This document shows positions 17,612 through 27,608 of a stretch of 51,266 nt of DNA, one piece after another (within the stretch, counting starts at the first letter, position 1; each line of letters starts with the position of its first letter). Under the pieces are notes generated by a model. It had not been told where the DNA came from. It did no database searches and saw nothing but the letters and a program-made list of their open reading frames with translations. Origin of the DNA: an uncultured Pelolinea sp. GTDB taxonomy: Bacteria; Chloroflexota; Anaerolineae; Anaerolineales; Anaerolineaceae. Location: positions 1 through 51,266 of the forward strand of contig CAYPAG010000002.1 in assembly GCA_964408645.1 (NCBI GenBank). Direction: 5' to 3'. A program made the translations under genes and the position numbers.

Positions 17612-19009
17612 TTAAATCTGAAGATACTGCCCCTCAATACCTTCAGCCGCTTCCATCAGCACTTCGCTTAAGGTCGGATGCGCGTGGATATTGCCGGCAA
17701 TCTCGCGGGCGGTCATTTCCATCCTTTGGGCCAGGGTGAGCTCGGGCAGCAGCTCAGAAACTTCTGGGCCGACCATGTGCGCGCCAAGGATTTCGCCGTA
17801 CTGCGCATCGCTGATGATCTTGGCGAAACCGGTGTGTTCGCTGAGGCCAAGCGCCTTGCCGTTGGCGGAGAAGGGGAATTTCCCGACCTTGACTTCATAA
17901 CCGGCGTCTTTGGCTTCTTTTTCAGTCATACCGAACCAAGCCACCTGCGGCTGGCAGTAGGTTGCGCTGGGAGTCATCTTGTAATTGATGTTCTCGGTTT
18001 CCCGCCCTGCCATGGCGTCCGCGCAAATGACACCCTGTTTGGATGCCACATGCGCCAACAGAAGTTTGCCGGTCACATCGCCGATTGCCCAGATGCCCTT
18101 AATATTGGTTGACATACGATCGTCGACCTGTACGTTGCCTTTTTCATCTAACTTGACCCCCACCTGTTCAAGTCCCAGGTCCGCGCTGTTGGCGCGAAAT
18201 CCGATGGCAGCCAGCGCCTGTTCGGCTTCAAGTACTTTTTCTCCATCAGCGCTGGACACTTTGACTTTAACACCGCTGCTGGTGGTTTCCACTGATTCCA
18301 CTTTATGACTGGTCAGGATTTGAACGCCGCGTTTCTTAAACGATTTTGCCAGTTCGTTGGCCGCTTCTTCGTCTGCCAGAGGTAAAACATGAGGAAGCAT
18401 TTCGACCAGTGTAACCTCTGTGCCGTAGGAACTCCAGATGGTGGCAAATTCCACCCCGATCGCGCCCGCGCCGATGATCACCACCGATTTCGGCAGCTTT
18501 TCCTGCAGTATGGCCTCTTTATAAGTGATGACTTTCTCGCCATCCGGTATCAGGAAGGGTGGTGTGAATACATGCGAACCAGGGGCGATAACGATATTTT
18601 TCGCTTTTAATGTTTCCACCTTTCCATCAGCCGTCTTAACCTCAACTTGATCCTTGGTAGTAAATCTGGCGCTGCCCATGAAGACATCAATATTGTTCTT
18701 CTTCATTAAAAAGGAAACACCTTTGGTCAAGCGCTCAGACACCTGACGGCTGCGTTTGACCGCCGCGCTGTAATCCAGATTAAGCTTTTCGAAAGAAATG
18801 CCAAAATCTGACGCACGTTCGCGCAGCGTATGCGCCAGGTCGGCGTTTTTAAGCAGTGCTTTTGAAGGGATACAGCCGATATTCAGGCACACTCCACCCA
18901 TCCATTGTTTTTCCACGATGGCAGTTTTAAGGCCGTTTTGGGATGCGCGGATAGCGTTTACATAACCGCCCGGTCCTGCGCCTACGACCAAGACATCATA
19001 TTCGTTCAT
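17612..19009 (-). CDS. lpdA: Dihydrolipoyl dehydrogenase
   Basis: GAGPGGY, redox-active CLNIGC, GAGAIGVE and HAHPTLSE motifs. Confidence 0.96.
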   Translation of the reverse strand: MNEYDVLVVGAGPGGYVNAIRASQNGLKTAIVEKQWMGGVCLNIGCIPSKALLKNADLAHTLRERASDFGISFEKLNLDYSAAVKRSRQVSERLTKGVSFLMKKNNIDVFMGSARFTTKDQVEVKTADGKVETLKAKNIVIAPGSHVFTPPFLIPDGEKVITYKEAILQEKLPKSVVIIGAGAIGVEFATIWSSYGTEVTLVEMLPHVLPLADEEAANELAKSFKKRGVQILTSHKVESVETTSSGVKVKVSSADGEKVLEAEQALAAIGFRANSADLGLEQVGVKLDEKGNVQVDDRMSTNIKGIWAIGDVTGKLLLAHVASKQGVICADAMAGRETENINYKMTPSATYCQPQVAWFGMTEKEAKDAGYEVKVGKFPFSANGKALGLSEHTGFAKIISDAQYGEILGAHMVGPEVSELLPELTLAQRMEMTAREIAGNIHAHPTLSEVLMEAAEGIEGQYLQI

Positions 19010-19119
19010 TGATCAGACTCCTTAATCCAAATGATAGTTAATCATAAGTTTGATATTGTGCAAAAATTATACATTTGAAATATTTTATGGAATGTTAACT
19101 TTTATAAGAAATACATGAG

Positions 19120-19148
19120 TTGACTTTTTTTTTCAAGAGGAGTAGTAT
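19120..19148 (+). promoter_or_regulatory. sigma70 promoter of the V/A-ATPase operon
   Basis: TTGACT (19120-19125), 17-nt spacer, TAGTAT (19143-19148). Confidence 0.65.
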
Positions 19149-19179
19149 AAACGGTCATATTTTTCACGGTACGAAAATC

Positions 19180-19551
19180 ATGAAAAAAGAATTGCAAGAA
19201 AAAAGAACACTGGAATCTGATCCCCGCGAATTGCTTGAGCGAGTTTTATCGACTGAAATCGAGATAGCCGGCATGATCTCTGATACCAGAGAACAAGCCG
19301 ACAAAAGACTGATCGAAGCGCAAGCAAACACCACCAAGCTTAAAAATTCGATCATAGAAAAAGCCCGCAAAGAACGTGACCAGCTATTTGCTGAGGGGCG
19401 TGAGAAAGCGCTCGAGAGAGCTGAGAAGTCGGTAGAAAGCGCAGCAGTAGAAGCACGTGAATTCCTGGCAAAAGGCCAGATTTTTATCCCTGAAGCGAGC
19501 AGCCAAGTGATTAATCTTCTCCTGGGTTTGGAAGGCAGAGAACAAATATGA
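19180..19551 (+). CDS. V/A-type ATP synthase subunit G/H (peripheral stalk)
   Basis: Charged coiled-coil protein, first in the operon, with ATGA overlap to subunit I. Start set at ATG 19180, downstream of the promoter. Confidence 0.7.
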   Translation: MKKELQEKRTLESDPRELLERVLSTEIEIAGMISDTREQADKRLIEAQANTTKLKNSIIEKARKERDQLFAEGREKALERAEKSVESAAVEAREFLAKGQIFIPEASSQVINLLLGLEGREQI

Positions 19552-21473
19552 TCCTTGAAATGGCGCGCATCCAAATTTGGGGAATGAAGCCGACAATGGG
19601 TAGGGTGGTTTCTCTTTTACATGATTTTGGAAAAATTCAAATTGATGATGTTCATGAAGTTGAAGATGTGATGGTCCAGCCGCTAACGATCACTGAAGAA
19701 ATGCAGCATCAGCATGAAGATGTGGATATTGTTATTGCCAACATCAACGGATTGATCGATCTTTTTTCACGATATGCCAAATTTGCGGAGGAAACGGACG
19801 CAAAATCAACCGATGATTACACAGTCATTAAAAAAGGCGTTGAGGATCTCTCCTCGCAAATTCAATACCTCAACAACCGCAGGAAATCATTGCGGGATGA
19901 GCTGATCTCATTATCCAAATATATCGACATGCTCAATGTCATCGCGCCCTTAATGCCGGCAAAAGCCAAAAAATCAGGAAATGCCACACTGCGAGCGCTT
20001 GTACACGAATCTCAAATGCGCCAAGTGAATTCCATGGCTCAAAAGTTAAAGTTGCTGACGCATGGCAAGTTTGAGTTGATCACAGCCAAAGTCGGTGATT
20101 CAACCATCGCTGTGATCGGCATTTTCCCCTTTGACTTAATGCATCAGGTTGAAACCTTGGCAAAAAATGAACGGATTCCGCAATTAATTCTTCCCGAGGA
20201 ATATGCCTATTTGTCAACGGACGAAGCCCTAGCTCATCTTGAGAAAAAAGTGAAAGTTAATCATGATGAATTGGATGACATTGATAAACGATTCAGCCGC
20301 ATGGCAAAAACCTGGCAGCCGAAGCTTAAAACCTGGCTATTGGTTAGCAATGATCGGCTGGATGAATTCAATGTTTATACCCGGATTGGCGAAACGGAAT
20401 TCACCTTCACAATTTTCGGCTGGGTTCCGACCGAAGATCTGGACCAATTGGAAAGAATTCTTGGTTCGAATTTTGGTAAACAAGTTATCCTCAACGTGAT
20501 CGCCATACCTGATCCCGTGAAAGAAAAGATACCGGTGGCAACCCGCAATGCTGCTGCTCTGGAGCCGTTTGAAAATTTGGTCAAGATGCGAGCAGACCCC
20601 AAATACACTGATATTGATCCAAGCCTGCTGGTCGCTATTTTTATGCCAATTTTTTTTGGCATGATGATCGGTGATGTCGGTTACGGCCTGATTATGTTCC
20701 TGGCGGCAAATCTGCTGACAAAAAAGGTGCCTAAAGGGATTTTCCGCGACTTTCTTCGGGCAATCCGCATTGGGTCGATTTGGTCGGTGGTATTTGGCGT
20801 GCTTTTTGGTGAATATTTCGGCACCTTGGGTGAACATTTTGGATTACGGCCTCTGTGGTTCAGCCGGTCTGAAGGCAGCAGCATTATGTCTTTGATCATC
20901 ATGTCCATCGCCGTTGGTACCGCGCATATTTTGCTGGGACTGGTTATTGGTGCATGGAATGCGTTTGTTCATCGCAGCCGCCATGAAATCTGGGAAAAAA
21001 TCGGGATGATTTTTGGGGTGGTCGGAATCGTCATCGCCGCGATCTCATTGGCCATGCGCCTGCCTGGAGGGTTTGCAATAGTCGGCTGGTCTGTATTGGC
21101 CGTTGGGCTGGTGATTCTGGCATTTTCACTGGGGAAAATCGGCTTTTTCCTTGGTCCGATAGAGTTCATTGGCGTGTTGGGAAATATCCTTTCCTACTTG
21201 CGCATTGCCGCACTGGGGCTTGCGTCGGTGTTCCTGGCTGAAGTCGCCAACAAAATGGCTGGGGTGGTGGGCAGCATCATCGCGGGGATTGTTATTGCTG
21301 TGGTGATTCATGCGTTGAATATTGTCATTGGTATGTTGAGTCCGACCATCCAAAGCCTCAGACTTCAGTATGTCGAGTTTTTTAGAAAGTTTTACGAAGG
21401 CGGACAAAACGGGTTTAAGCCCTTCAAGCGGCGCGTGAACCCATCATTAAAGATGAAAAAAGCAAATATCTAG
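19548..21473 (+). CDS. V/A-type ATP synthase subunit I (a)
   Basis: GWVP, DIDPS, FFGMMIGDVGYG, essential Arg in SYLRI, and SLRLQYVEFFRKFYEGG. Confidence 0.95.
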   Translation: MILEMARIQIWGMKPTMGRVVSLLHDFGKIQIDDVHEVEDVMVQPLTITEEMQHQHEDVDIVIANINGLIDLFSRYAKFAEETDAKSTDDYTVIKKGVEDLSSQIQYLNNRRKSLRDELISLSKYIDMLNVIAPLMPAKAKKSGNATLRALVHESQMRQVNSMAQKLKLLTHGKFELITAKVGDSTIAVIGIFPFDLMHQVETLAKNERIPQLILPEEYAYLSTDEALAHLEKKVKVNHDELDDIDKRFSRMAKTWQPKLKTWLLVSNDRLDEFNVYTRIGETEFTFTIFGWVPTEDLDQLERILGSNFGKQVILNVIAIPDPVKEKIPVATRNAAALEPFENLVKMRADPKYTDIDPSLLVAIFMPIFFGMMIGDVGYGLIMFLAANLLTKKVPKGIFRDFLRAIRIGSIWSVVFGVLFGEYFGTLGEHFGLRPLWFSRSEGSSIMSLIIMSIAVGTAHILLGLVIGAWNAFVHRSRHEIWEKIGMIFGVVGIVIAAISLAMRLPGGFAIVGWSVLAVGLVILAFSLGKIGFFLGPIEFIGVLGNILSYLRIAALGLASVFLAEVANKMAGVVGSIIAGIVIAVVIHALNIVIGMLSPTIQSLRLQYVEFFRKFYEGGQNGFKPFKRRVNPSLKMKKANI

Positions 21474-21497
21474 TGAGCAGAAAAAGGAGATTTCTCA

Positions 21498-21710
21498 ATG
21501 GAACAAGCAATTATCGCATTAGCAGCTGCAATTTCAATCAGCGTGACCGCAATGGCTACGGCCATGGCACAGCGCGCGATTGGTTCTGCTGGTGTAGGCG
21601 CGTTAGCTGAAAAGCCGGAATTGGTCGGTTCGATCATCATTCTGGTGGCTATCCCGGAAACCCTGGTTATCCTGGGTTTCGCGGTGGCGGCAATCATTCT
21701 TTTAGGCTAA
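21498..21710 (+). CDS. V/A-type ATP synthase subunit K (c), single hairpin
   Basis: 70-aa two-TM proteolipid AQRAIGSAGVGALAEKPE...IPETLVILGF carrying the ion-binding Glu; SD AAGGAG. Confidence 0.93.
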   Translation: MEQAIIALAAAISISVTAMATAMAQRAIGSAGVGALAEKPELVGSIIILVAIPETLVILGFAVAAIILLG

Positions 21711-21723
21711 ATCGCTGGCAGAA

Positions 21724-22335
21724 ATGAAATTCAAATCCATTCTGGATAATATTCAGAATGAAGGCCAGCTCGCCATCAATCAGATTGAAGCTGATACCAA
21801 GCGGCAAATTGAAACGATTAATCGTGCGGCTGAAGAAACCGCCGAAAAGCAGCGAAGCCGTATTCTCACGGATGGCCGCGCAAGACTCAATCGGGAAACC
21901 GCAATAATTGAACAACAGGCAGCTGTGAAATCACTCCAGATTCACGCAGATGCCCGTCAAAAATTGATAGATACGGCCCTTGAAGAATCCCGGCAATTAT
22001 TTCCCGCTATACGGACGAGATCAGACTATTCCATCATACTTTTAAAACTGATTAAAGAAGTCATAAAGTCCCTGACGCCTTCTCTTCTGGAAGGGCAAAG
22101 AATCATTATGTATTTTGATGAACGGGATCATTCTATAGTCGAGAAGATCATGAAGGAACAGCATTTTGATGTTGAGACCAGATTTGAAATAACGACAGCC
22201 GGCGGTTGTACTGGGGAAACCGGCGATGGAAAGGTCTCATCGCAAAACACCATTGAATCCAGGTTCCAACGCGCGGGTGCTCTGTTGCAGAAAAAATTAT
22301 CATTGTATTTTGAGGACAAAGTAACCTCAGCCTGA
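21724..22335 (+). CDS. V/A-type ATP synthase subunit E
   Basis: N-terminal coiled coil and C-terminal GG...DGKV..NTIESR; position in operon. Confidence 0.87.
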   Translation: MKFKSILDNIQNEGQLAINQIEADTKRQIETINRAAEETAEKQRSRILTDGRARLNRETAIIEQQAAVKSLQIHADARQKLIDTALEESRQLFPAIRTRSDYSIILLKLIKEVIKSLTPSLLEGQRIIMYFDERDHSIVEKIMKEQHFDVETRFEITTAGGCTGETGDGKVSSQNTIESRFQRAGALLQKKLSLYFEDKVTSA

Positions 22336-22338
22336 ATC

Positions 22339-23400
22339 ATGGACCTTTATGATTACGGAAATGCCCGCCTTCGAGCGCGTCTCTCTGAGCTGCAGCCCAT
22401 TGAAAAGCTGGAGTCTTGGGCTGATTTAAACTCAATTGACAGTCTTATTTCCGCATTAACCAAAACCTCCTATAAAACATCAATTGAGAAAGCTTTAACT
22501 TTTGCGCATGGTTATGAATCTATTAACCAGGCGATGAAATTTGCCTCGGCGGAAATTCTTGAAGATTTGATGCGTTTTTACCCAGGCAGAGAACAGAAAA
22601 TGATCAAAATGATCTTTTTCCGCAACGACCTTCAGAATCTTAAAGCCATTTTCAGAGGAATCCTGCATGGCACCCCACTGGATCAGGTGATTTCCTCCTT
22701 CAGCCATATGGGGACCATTCCCGAACCGATATTGGAGAACATGGCAAAAACCGAGAATCTGGCAGAATTAATCAATAGAATGGCTGTGTTTGAGCTGCCT
22801 GTCTCCCAGCCGCTGCTTGAGCTGCGCTTCTCCAAGGCGATGGTGAGTTCGGCAGATGTTGAACTGGCAATGGAGCGATGGTATTTTCATGAAATTGAAA
22901 AAATGCTCACCGGCGTGAGCGAGAGTGTTCAAATACTTGGGAAGTTCTATCAAATAGAAGCAGATATCATCAACCTGAATACAGTGCTGCGATTCATTGG
23001 ATCGGACATTGATCGTGGTGCCATTGGCGAACACCTGGCGGATTATCTGCTGGATGCTGGATATTTGGGAAAGCTGCGAATGCTCAAGCTTGCGCAAAAT
23101 CACAGTGTAGAGAATTTTGTACGTAGTCTTATTGACACCCGGTATGGCAGTTACCTCAAAATTGCGCTTGAGTGCTTTCAATCAACTCGTTTATTAAGTG
23201 AATTTGAAAACCAAATGCGAATGTACGTGCTCAACTGGACTGCCCGGCTGCCGCGTTTACATCCGCTTGGGATAGGCGTTCCTTTAGGATATGTATCATT
23301 GAAACGCAGTGAAATAAAAAACCTGCGCTGGATCGCGAAAGGCATCATTTCGGGTTTTGAACCGCCTTATATTCGGGAAAATCTTGAAAGGATTCAATGA
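22339..23400 (+). CDS. V/A-type ATP synthase subunit C (d)
   Basis: YDYGNARLRA, DLQNLKAIFRG, ADIINL and EIKNLRWIAKG motifs. Confidence 0.9.
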   Translation: MDLYDYGNARLRARLSELQPIEKLESWADLNSIDSLISALTKTSYKTSIEKALTFAHGYESINQAMKFASAEILEDLMRFYPGREQKMIKMIFFRNDLQNLKAIFRGILHGTPLDQVISSFSHMGTIPEPILENMAKTENLAELINRMAVFELPVSQPLLELRFSKAMVSSADVELAMERWYFHEIEKMLTGVSESVQILGKFYQIEADIINLNTVLRFIGSDIDRGAIGEHLADYLLDAGYLGKLRMLKLAQNHSVENFVRSLIDTRYGSYLKIALECFQSTRLLSEFENQMRMYVLNWTARLPRLHPLGIGVPLGYVSLKRSEIKNLRWIAKGIISGFEPPYIRENLERIQ

Positions 23401-23747
23401 GGCGTTTAGTTGTGATCGTTCAACCCGATCAAGTGAACGGGTACCGCCTTGCGGGACTGGAAGCGCTTGCTGTTGATGACCCTGATTTGGCAGCGGCCAT
23501 CATCACTCCCTGGTTGGAAAAAGGTGAAGAGATTCTGCTGGCAATGGGTGAAAGCGTTTATCAACTGCTGAGTCAAAATCTGGCTGATCGCATCCACGCT
23601 TCGAGCCACATGCTTCTCGTGACGATACCCGATGGACCGATCAGACAATCAGAAAATCGGGGCCAGCAGCGGATATTTGACGCAATCCGCCACGCGACTG
23701 GCGTGCAAATCAGATTTAAAGGTGAAATTGATGGAAAAAAGTCATGA
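23397..23747 (+). CDS. V/A-type ATP synthase subunit F
   Basis: GYRLAGL and IRHATGVQI motifs; 116 aa. Confidence 0.9.
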   Translation: MRRLVVIVQPDQVNGYRLAGLEALAVDDPDLAAAIITPWLEKGEEILLAMGESVYQLLSQNLADRIHASSHMLLVTIPDGPIRQSENRGQQRIFDAIRHATGVQIRFKGEIDGKKS

Positions 23748-25539
23748 AGTAGGTGGATGGGTTAACCGCATCGCTGGGCCTGTGGTCGGGGCAACCGGAC
23801 TGAAGGAAATCCGCCTGCACGATATGGTGATGGTCGGCGAGCAGCGGCTGGTGGGAGAAGTGATCCGTTTAAACGCAACCCAGATCACAATTCAGGTATA
23901 TGAAGACACCTCCGGATTGAGAATTGGAGAACCCATCTTCAACACAGGAGAACCTTTGGTTGCCTATCTGGGGCCTGGATTAATGGGGCAGATTTTTGAC
24001 GGACTGCAGCGTCCATTGACGACGCTCGCGCAAAAGGAAGGGGGATTTCTGGGACGCGGTGTAACAGAATCCCCATTAAATGAAGAAAAATTATGGGAGT
24101 TCACCCCGGTTGTTAAAGCAGGCGACAAGGTTGCTCCCGGTTCGCTGCTAGGCACCATTCCAGAAACCGAAAGCATCCAGCATCGCGTGATGGTGCCGAT
24201 GGGCATTTCCGGCGAAATTTCGGAAATCAAATCGGGAAACCTGACGATCAGTGATACGGCAGCGGTCATTGTGGATGAGAATTCTGTTACTCATCATGTG
24301 AAACTTGCTCACTACTGGCCTGTCCGAAGCGCACGGCCGTACAAGGCGCGGCTTGATCTTTCCGAGCCGCTCGTCACCGGAAAACGGGTGATTGACTTGC
24401 TGTTCCCCCTACCCAAGGGCGGAGCCGCCATCATACCCGGCGGTTTCGGCACCGGTAAGACTGTGATTCAGCAATCCCTGGCCCGTTGGTCAGATGTTGA
24501 TGTGGTGGTATATGTCGGCTGTGGTGAGCGCGGTAATGAGATGGCAGAAGTTTTGAACGAGCTTCCTAAACTCGAAGACCGCACCTCCGGCGTCCCATTG
24601 ATCAATCGGACGGTGCTTATTGCCAACACCTCCAACATGCCGGTTGCCGCCCGGGAAGCGAGCATCTACATGGGGATCACCATTGCCGAATACTACCGCG
24701 ATATGGGGTACGATGTCATGATGCTGGCCGATTCGACCTCCAGGTGGGGAGAAGCATTACGCGAGGTTTCCAGTCGTTTGGAGGAAATCCCTGGTGAGGA
24801 AGGTTATCCCGCTTACCTTGCCTCGCGGTTGGCAGAGTTTTATGAACGGGCAGGCCACGTGAGCTGCCTGGGAAGTTCTCCAGAGAGTAAAGACGACCCA
24901 ACCTATGATGGATCCATTTCCCTGGTTGGCGCGGTATCACCGCCTGGCGGTGATTTTTCTGACCCGATCACGCAAAGCTCGATGAGAATTGCCGGAGTAT
25001 TCTGGGCGCTGGATTATGAGCTTTCACGCCGGCGGCATTTCCCTGCCATCAATTGGACCAGAAGTTTTTCACTCGTGGATCTTTCGCGATGGACCAATGA
25101 GGAAATTGCGGATGATTTTCAGGCTGTGGTGCAGGAAGCGAAAGGTATTCTCGGGCGCGAGAGTGAGCTTCAACAGGTGGTGCAATTGATCGGCCAGGAC
25201 GCGCTCTCTGACTTTGAACGGGAAATTCTGCTGGTTTCGAGGATTCTGCGAGAGGATCTGCTTCAACAGTCCGCCATCCATGATGTGGATGCGTATTGTC
25301 CGCTTGAAAAATCTTACTGGATGTTAAAGGTCATTTTGCACTTTCATGAAGTGGCTCAGGAAGCATTACGCGGGGGGATCAGTCTGGACGAATTGGAGAA
25401 CGCGGTGTTCCTGCAGCGTGTTGCGCGGATGAAAGAATTGCCTTATGACCGGGCTGTGGGCAGGATGCAGTTTTTAATCGAGGAAATTAATACGGAATTC
25501 GGCCGCATGAAAGACAGAAAGGAAAAAGCCGATGAGTGA
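23731..25539 (+). CDS. atpA: V/A-type ATP synthase subunit A (catalytic)
   Basis: P-loop [31 protein letters not shown] and [13 protein letters not shown] 23731 is preferred over 23632. Confidence 0.96.
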   Translation: MEKSHEVGGWVNRIAGPVVGATGLKEIRLHDMVMVGEQRLVGEVIRLNATQITIQVYEDTSGLRIGEPIFNTGEPLVAYLGPGLMGQIFDGLQRPLTTLAQKEGGFLGRGVTESPLNEEKLWEFTPVVKAGDKVAPGSLLGTIPETESIQHRVMVPMGISGEISEIKSGNLTISDTAAVIVDENSVTHHVKLAHYWPVRSARPYKARLDLSEPLVTGKRVIDLLFPLPKGGAAIIPGGFGTGKTVIQQSLARWSDVDVVVYVGCGERGNEMAEVLNELPKLEDRTSGVPLINRTVLIANTSNMPVAAREASIYMGITIAEYYRDMGYDVMMLADSTSRWGEALREVSSRLEEIPGEEGYPAYLASRLAEFYERAGHVSCLGSSPESKDDPTYDGSISLVGAVSPPGGDFSDPITQSSMRIAGVFWALDYELSRRRHFPAINWTRSFSLVDLSRWTNEEIADDFQAVVQEAKGILGRESELQQVVQLIGQDALSDFEREILLVSRILREDLLQQSAIHDVDAYCPLEKSYWMLKVILHFHEVAQEALRGGISLDELENAVFLQRVARMKELPYDRAVGRMQFLIEEINTEFGRMKDRKEKADE

Positions 25540-26941
25540 AAAATCCCAAACGCCGAATTTGGTCACCAAAGAACTGCGCACGGTTAACCAGATCAGGGGG
25601 CCGCTGCTTTTCGTCGAACGAGTATCAGATGTCGCTTTTGATGAAATGGTTGAAGTTGTCGATCCGGATGGCAAGGTCCGTGTGGGACGGGTGCTTGAAG
25701 TGGACAATGATGTGGCGGTGATTCAGCTTTTCCTTTCGACTGAGGGACTGGATATTACGCGCACACGGGTGCGGTTTATAGGTGATGTGATCCGCTTGAG
25801 CGTTTCACATTCCATGCTGGGACGAATTTTAGATGGGCTCGGCAATCCGATCGACGGCGGCCCATCCATCCTGCCCGAAAAACTTGAAGACATCAACGGC
25901 CTGCCTCTGAATCCCGCGGTAAGAATTGAACCCAGTGAATTTATTCAGACAGGTATTTCCGCCATTGATGGTCTCAACTCGCTCGCGCGTGGGCAGAAAC
26001 TCCCCATCTTTTCCGGTTCTGGATTACCTGGCAATGAGCTGGCAGCGCAGATTGCCTCGCAGGCGCGGGTGGTTGGGAGCGGGGATGAATCCGATGAGCC
26101 ATTCGCGGTTGTGTTTGCCGCCATCGGCATCACGCACCGCGAATCGACCTATTTTATTGAACATTTCCGTTCAAGCGGGGCGTTGGATCGCACGGTCGTG
26201 TTCCTAAACCACGCGGATGACCCGACCATTGAGCGTATCATCACACCGCGTGCCGCGCTGACAGCCGCGGAGTATCTGGCTTATGAACAAGGACTGCATG
26301 TGCTGGTGATCATGACCGACATCACCAATTACTGCGAAGCGCTGCGGGAGTTATCTGTTGCGCGGGAAGAACTCCCCGCGCGGCGCGGTTATCCCGGGTA
26401 TATGTATTCAGACCTCGCGAGTCTTTATGAAAGAGCAGGCAAGATCGAAGGGCGCAAAGGATCGGTCACCCAGCTGATCCTGCTGACGATGCCTGATGAC
26501 GATATCACACACCCCATCCCCGATCTCACCGGATATATCACTGAAGGTCAGATTGTTCTTAATCGCATTCTTAATCAGAAGGGCGTCTATCCACCCATTG
26601 ATGTCCTGCCATCACTTTCGCGTCTGATGAACCAGGCGATTGGCAAAGGGCATACGCGTGAAGACCACCGCAGCGTGGCTGACCAAATTTATGCGTTTTA
26701 CGCGGAAGGCCGCGACCTGGAAAAGCTGGTCACCATTATTGGCGAAGGCTCGCTGTCTGAACAGGATCGACGGGTTTTGGATTTCTCCAAGCAGTTTGAG
26801 CAAATGTATGTTGGACAGGGCCAAACCAATCGCTCGATCACCGACACCCTTGATCTTTCCTGGGAACTTCTTTCCAGGATCCCTGACCAATATCTTAAAC
26901 GAATTCCAGAGGACTATATCCGTAAGTTTTTGAGGAAATAG
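25532..26941 (+). CDS. atpB: V/A-type ATP synthase subunit B
   Basis: [44 protein letters not shown] and LPSLSRLM motifs. Confidence 0.96.
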   Translation: MSEKSQTPNLVTKELRTVNQIRGPLLFVERVSDVAFDEMVEVVDPDGKVRVGRVLEVDNDVAVIQLFLSTEGLDITRTRVRFIGDVIRLSVSHSMLGRILDGLGNPIDGGPSILPEKLEDINGLPLNPAVRIEPSEFIQTGISAIDGLNSLARGQKLPIFSGSGLPGNELAAQIASQARVVGSGDESDEPFAVVFAAIGITHRESTYFIEHFRSSGALDRTVVFLNHADDPTIERIITPRAALTAAEYLAYEQGLHVLVIMTDITNYCEALRELSVAREELPARRGYPGYMYSDLASLYERAGKIEGRKGSVTQLILLTMPDDDITHPIPDLTGYITEGQIVLNRILNQKGVYPPIDVLPSLSRLMNQAIGKGHTREDHRSVADQIYAFYAEGRDLEKLVTIIGEGSLSEQDRRVLDFSKQFEQMYVGQGQTNRSITDTLDLSWELLSRIPDQYLKRIPEDYIRKFLRK

Positions 26942-26944
26942 CAC

Positions 26945-27607
26945 ATGCCGGATATTGCCAATATTTCCATCACCCGCAATGAACTGCTGCAGCATAAGCG
27001 CCAGTTGGAATTGACACGCGCCGGTTACAACCTGCTTGATAAAAAACGACTGGCATTGCTGCAGGAAATTCTGCGGCTGCAGGATGAGGTGGTTCAGCTG
27101 GCGACCGAATTGGAAACGCGTTCCAACCATTCAAGAAAGTCCCTGGCAAAGGCGGAAGCGCTTGCGGGCGAAGCCGGTGTGCGCGCGGCTTCCATGGGGA
27201 AAAAACGCGAGGTCAAGATTGGCATAGAAGACTCACTGCTGATGGGCGTGCATGTACCCAAGCTGCATGTGGAAAGCGCGGAGCGGGAATTTTATGACCG
27301 TGACATAGGGATCACCGGCACATCGCCAATCATAGATGAGGCGGCGGAAGCGTTTGAAAAAAACCTGGACGCGATTCTCAATTTGGCTGACGGCGAGATC
27401 CAACTGACGCGATTGTTGAAAGAAATTTTACGAACCACCCGCCGGTTGAAGGCACTCGAGCATATCGTCATCCCCCGCCTGCAGTCGGAATTCACCTATA
27501 TCAGCAACGCGCTGGATGAGCGTGAACGGTCAGAGCATTTTTCATTGAAATTGGCCAAGAAACTGCTGGTTAGAAAGTATTCGGCCATGAAGCGGGGAGC
27601 AAAATAG
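26945..27607 (+). CDS. atpD: V/A-type ATP synthase subunit D
   Basis: TRNELL, GYNLLDKKR and TTRRLKALEHIVIP...LDERER motifs. Confidence 0.93.
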   Translation: MPDIANISITRNELLQHKRQLELTRAGYNLLDKKRLALLQEILRLQDEVVQLATELETRSNHSRKSLAKAEALAGEAGVRAASMGKKREVKIGIEDSLLMGVHVPKLHVESAEREFYDRDIGITGTSPIIDEAAEAFEKNLDAILNLADGEIQLTRLLKEILRTTRRLKALEHIVIPRLQSEFTYISNALDERERSEHFSLKLAKKLLVRKYSAMKRGAK

Positions 27608-27608
27608 C

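Noticed and set aside
19056-19073. Rex-like box TTGTGCAAAAATTATACA between lpdA and the ATPase operon
   Set aside because: The right half-site matches TTCACAA poorly, in an AT-rich background.
21498-21710. Definite Na+ coupling inferred from Q...ET in subunit c
   Set aside because: The same pattern occurs in the H+-coupled Thermus enzyme, and the Tyr ligand is missing.
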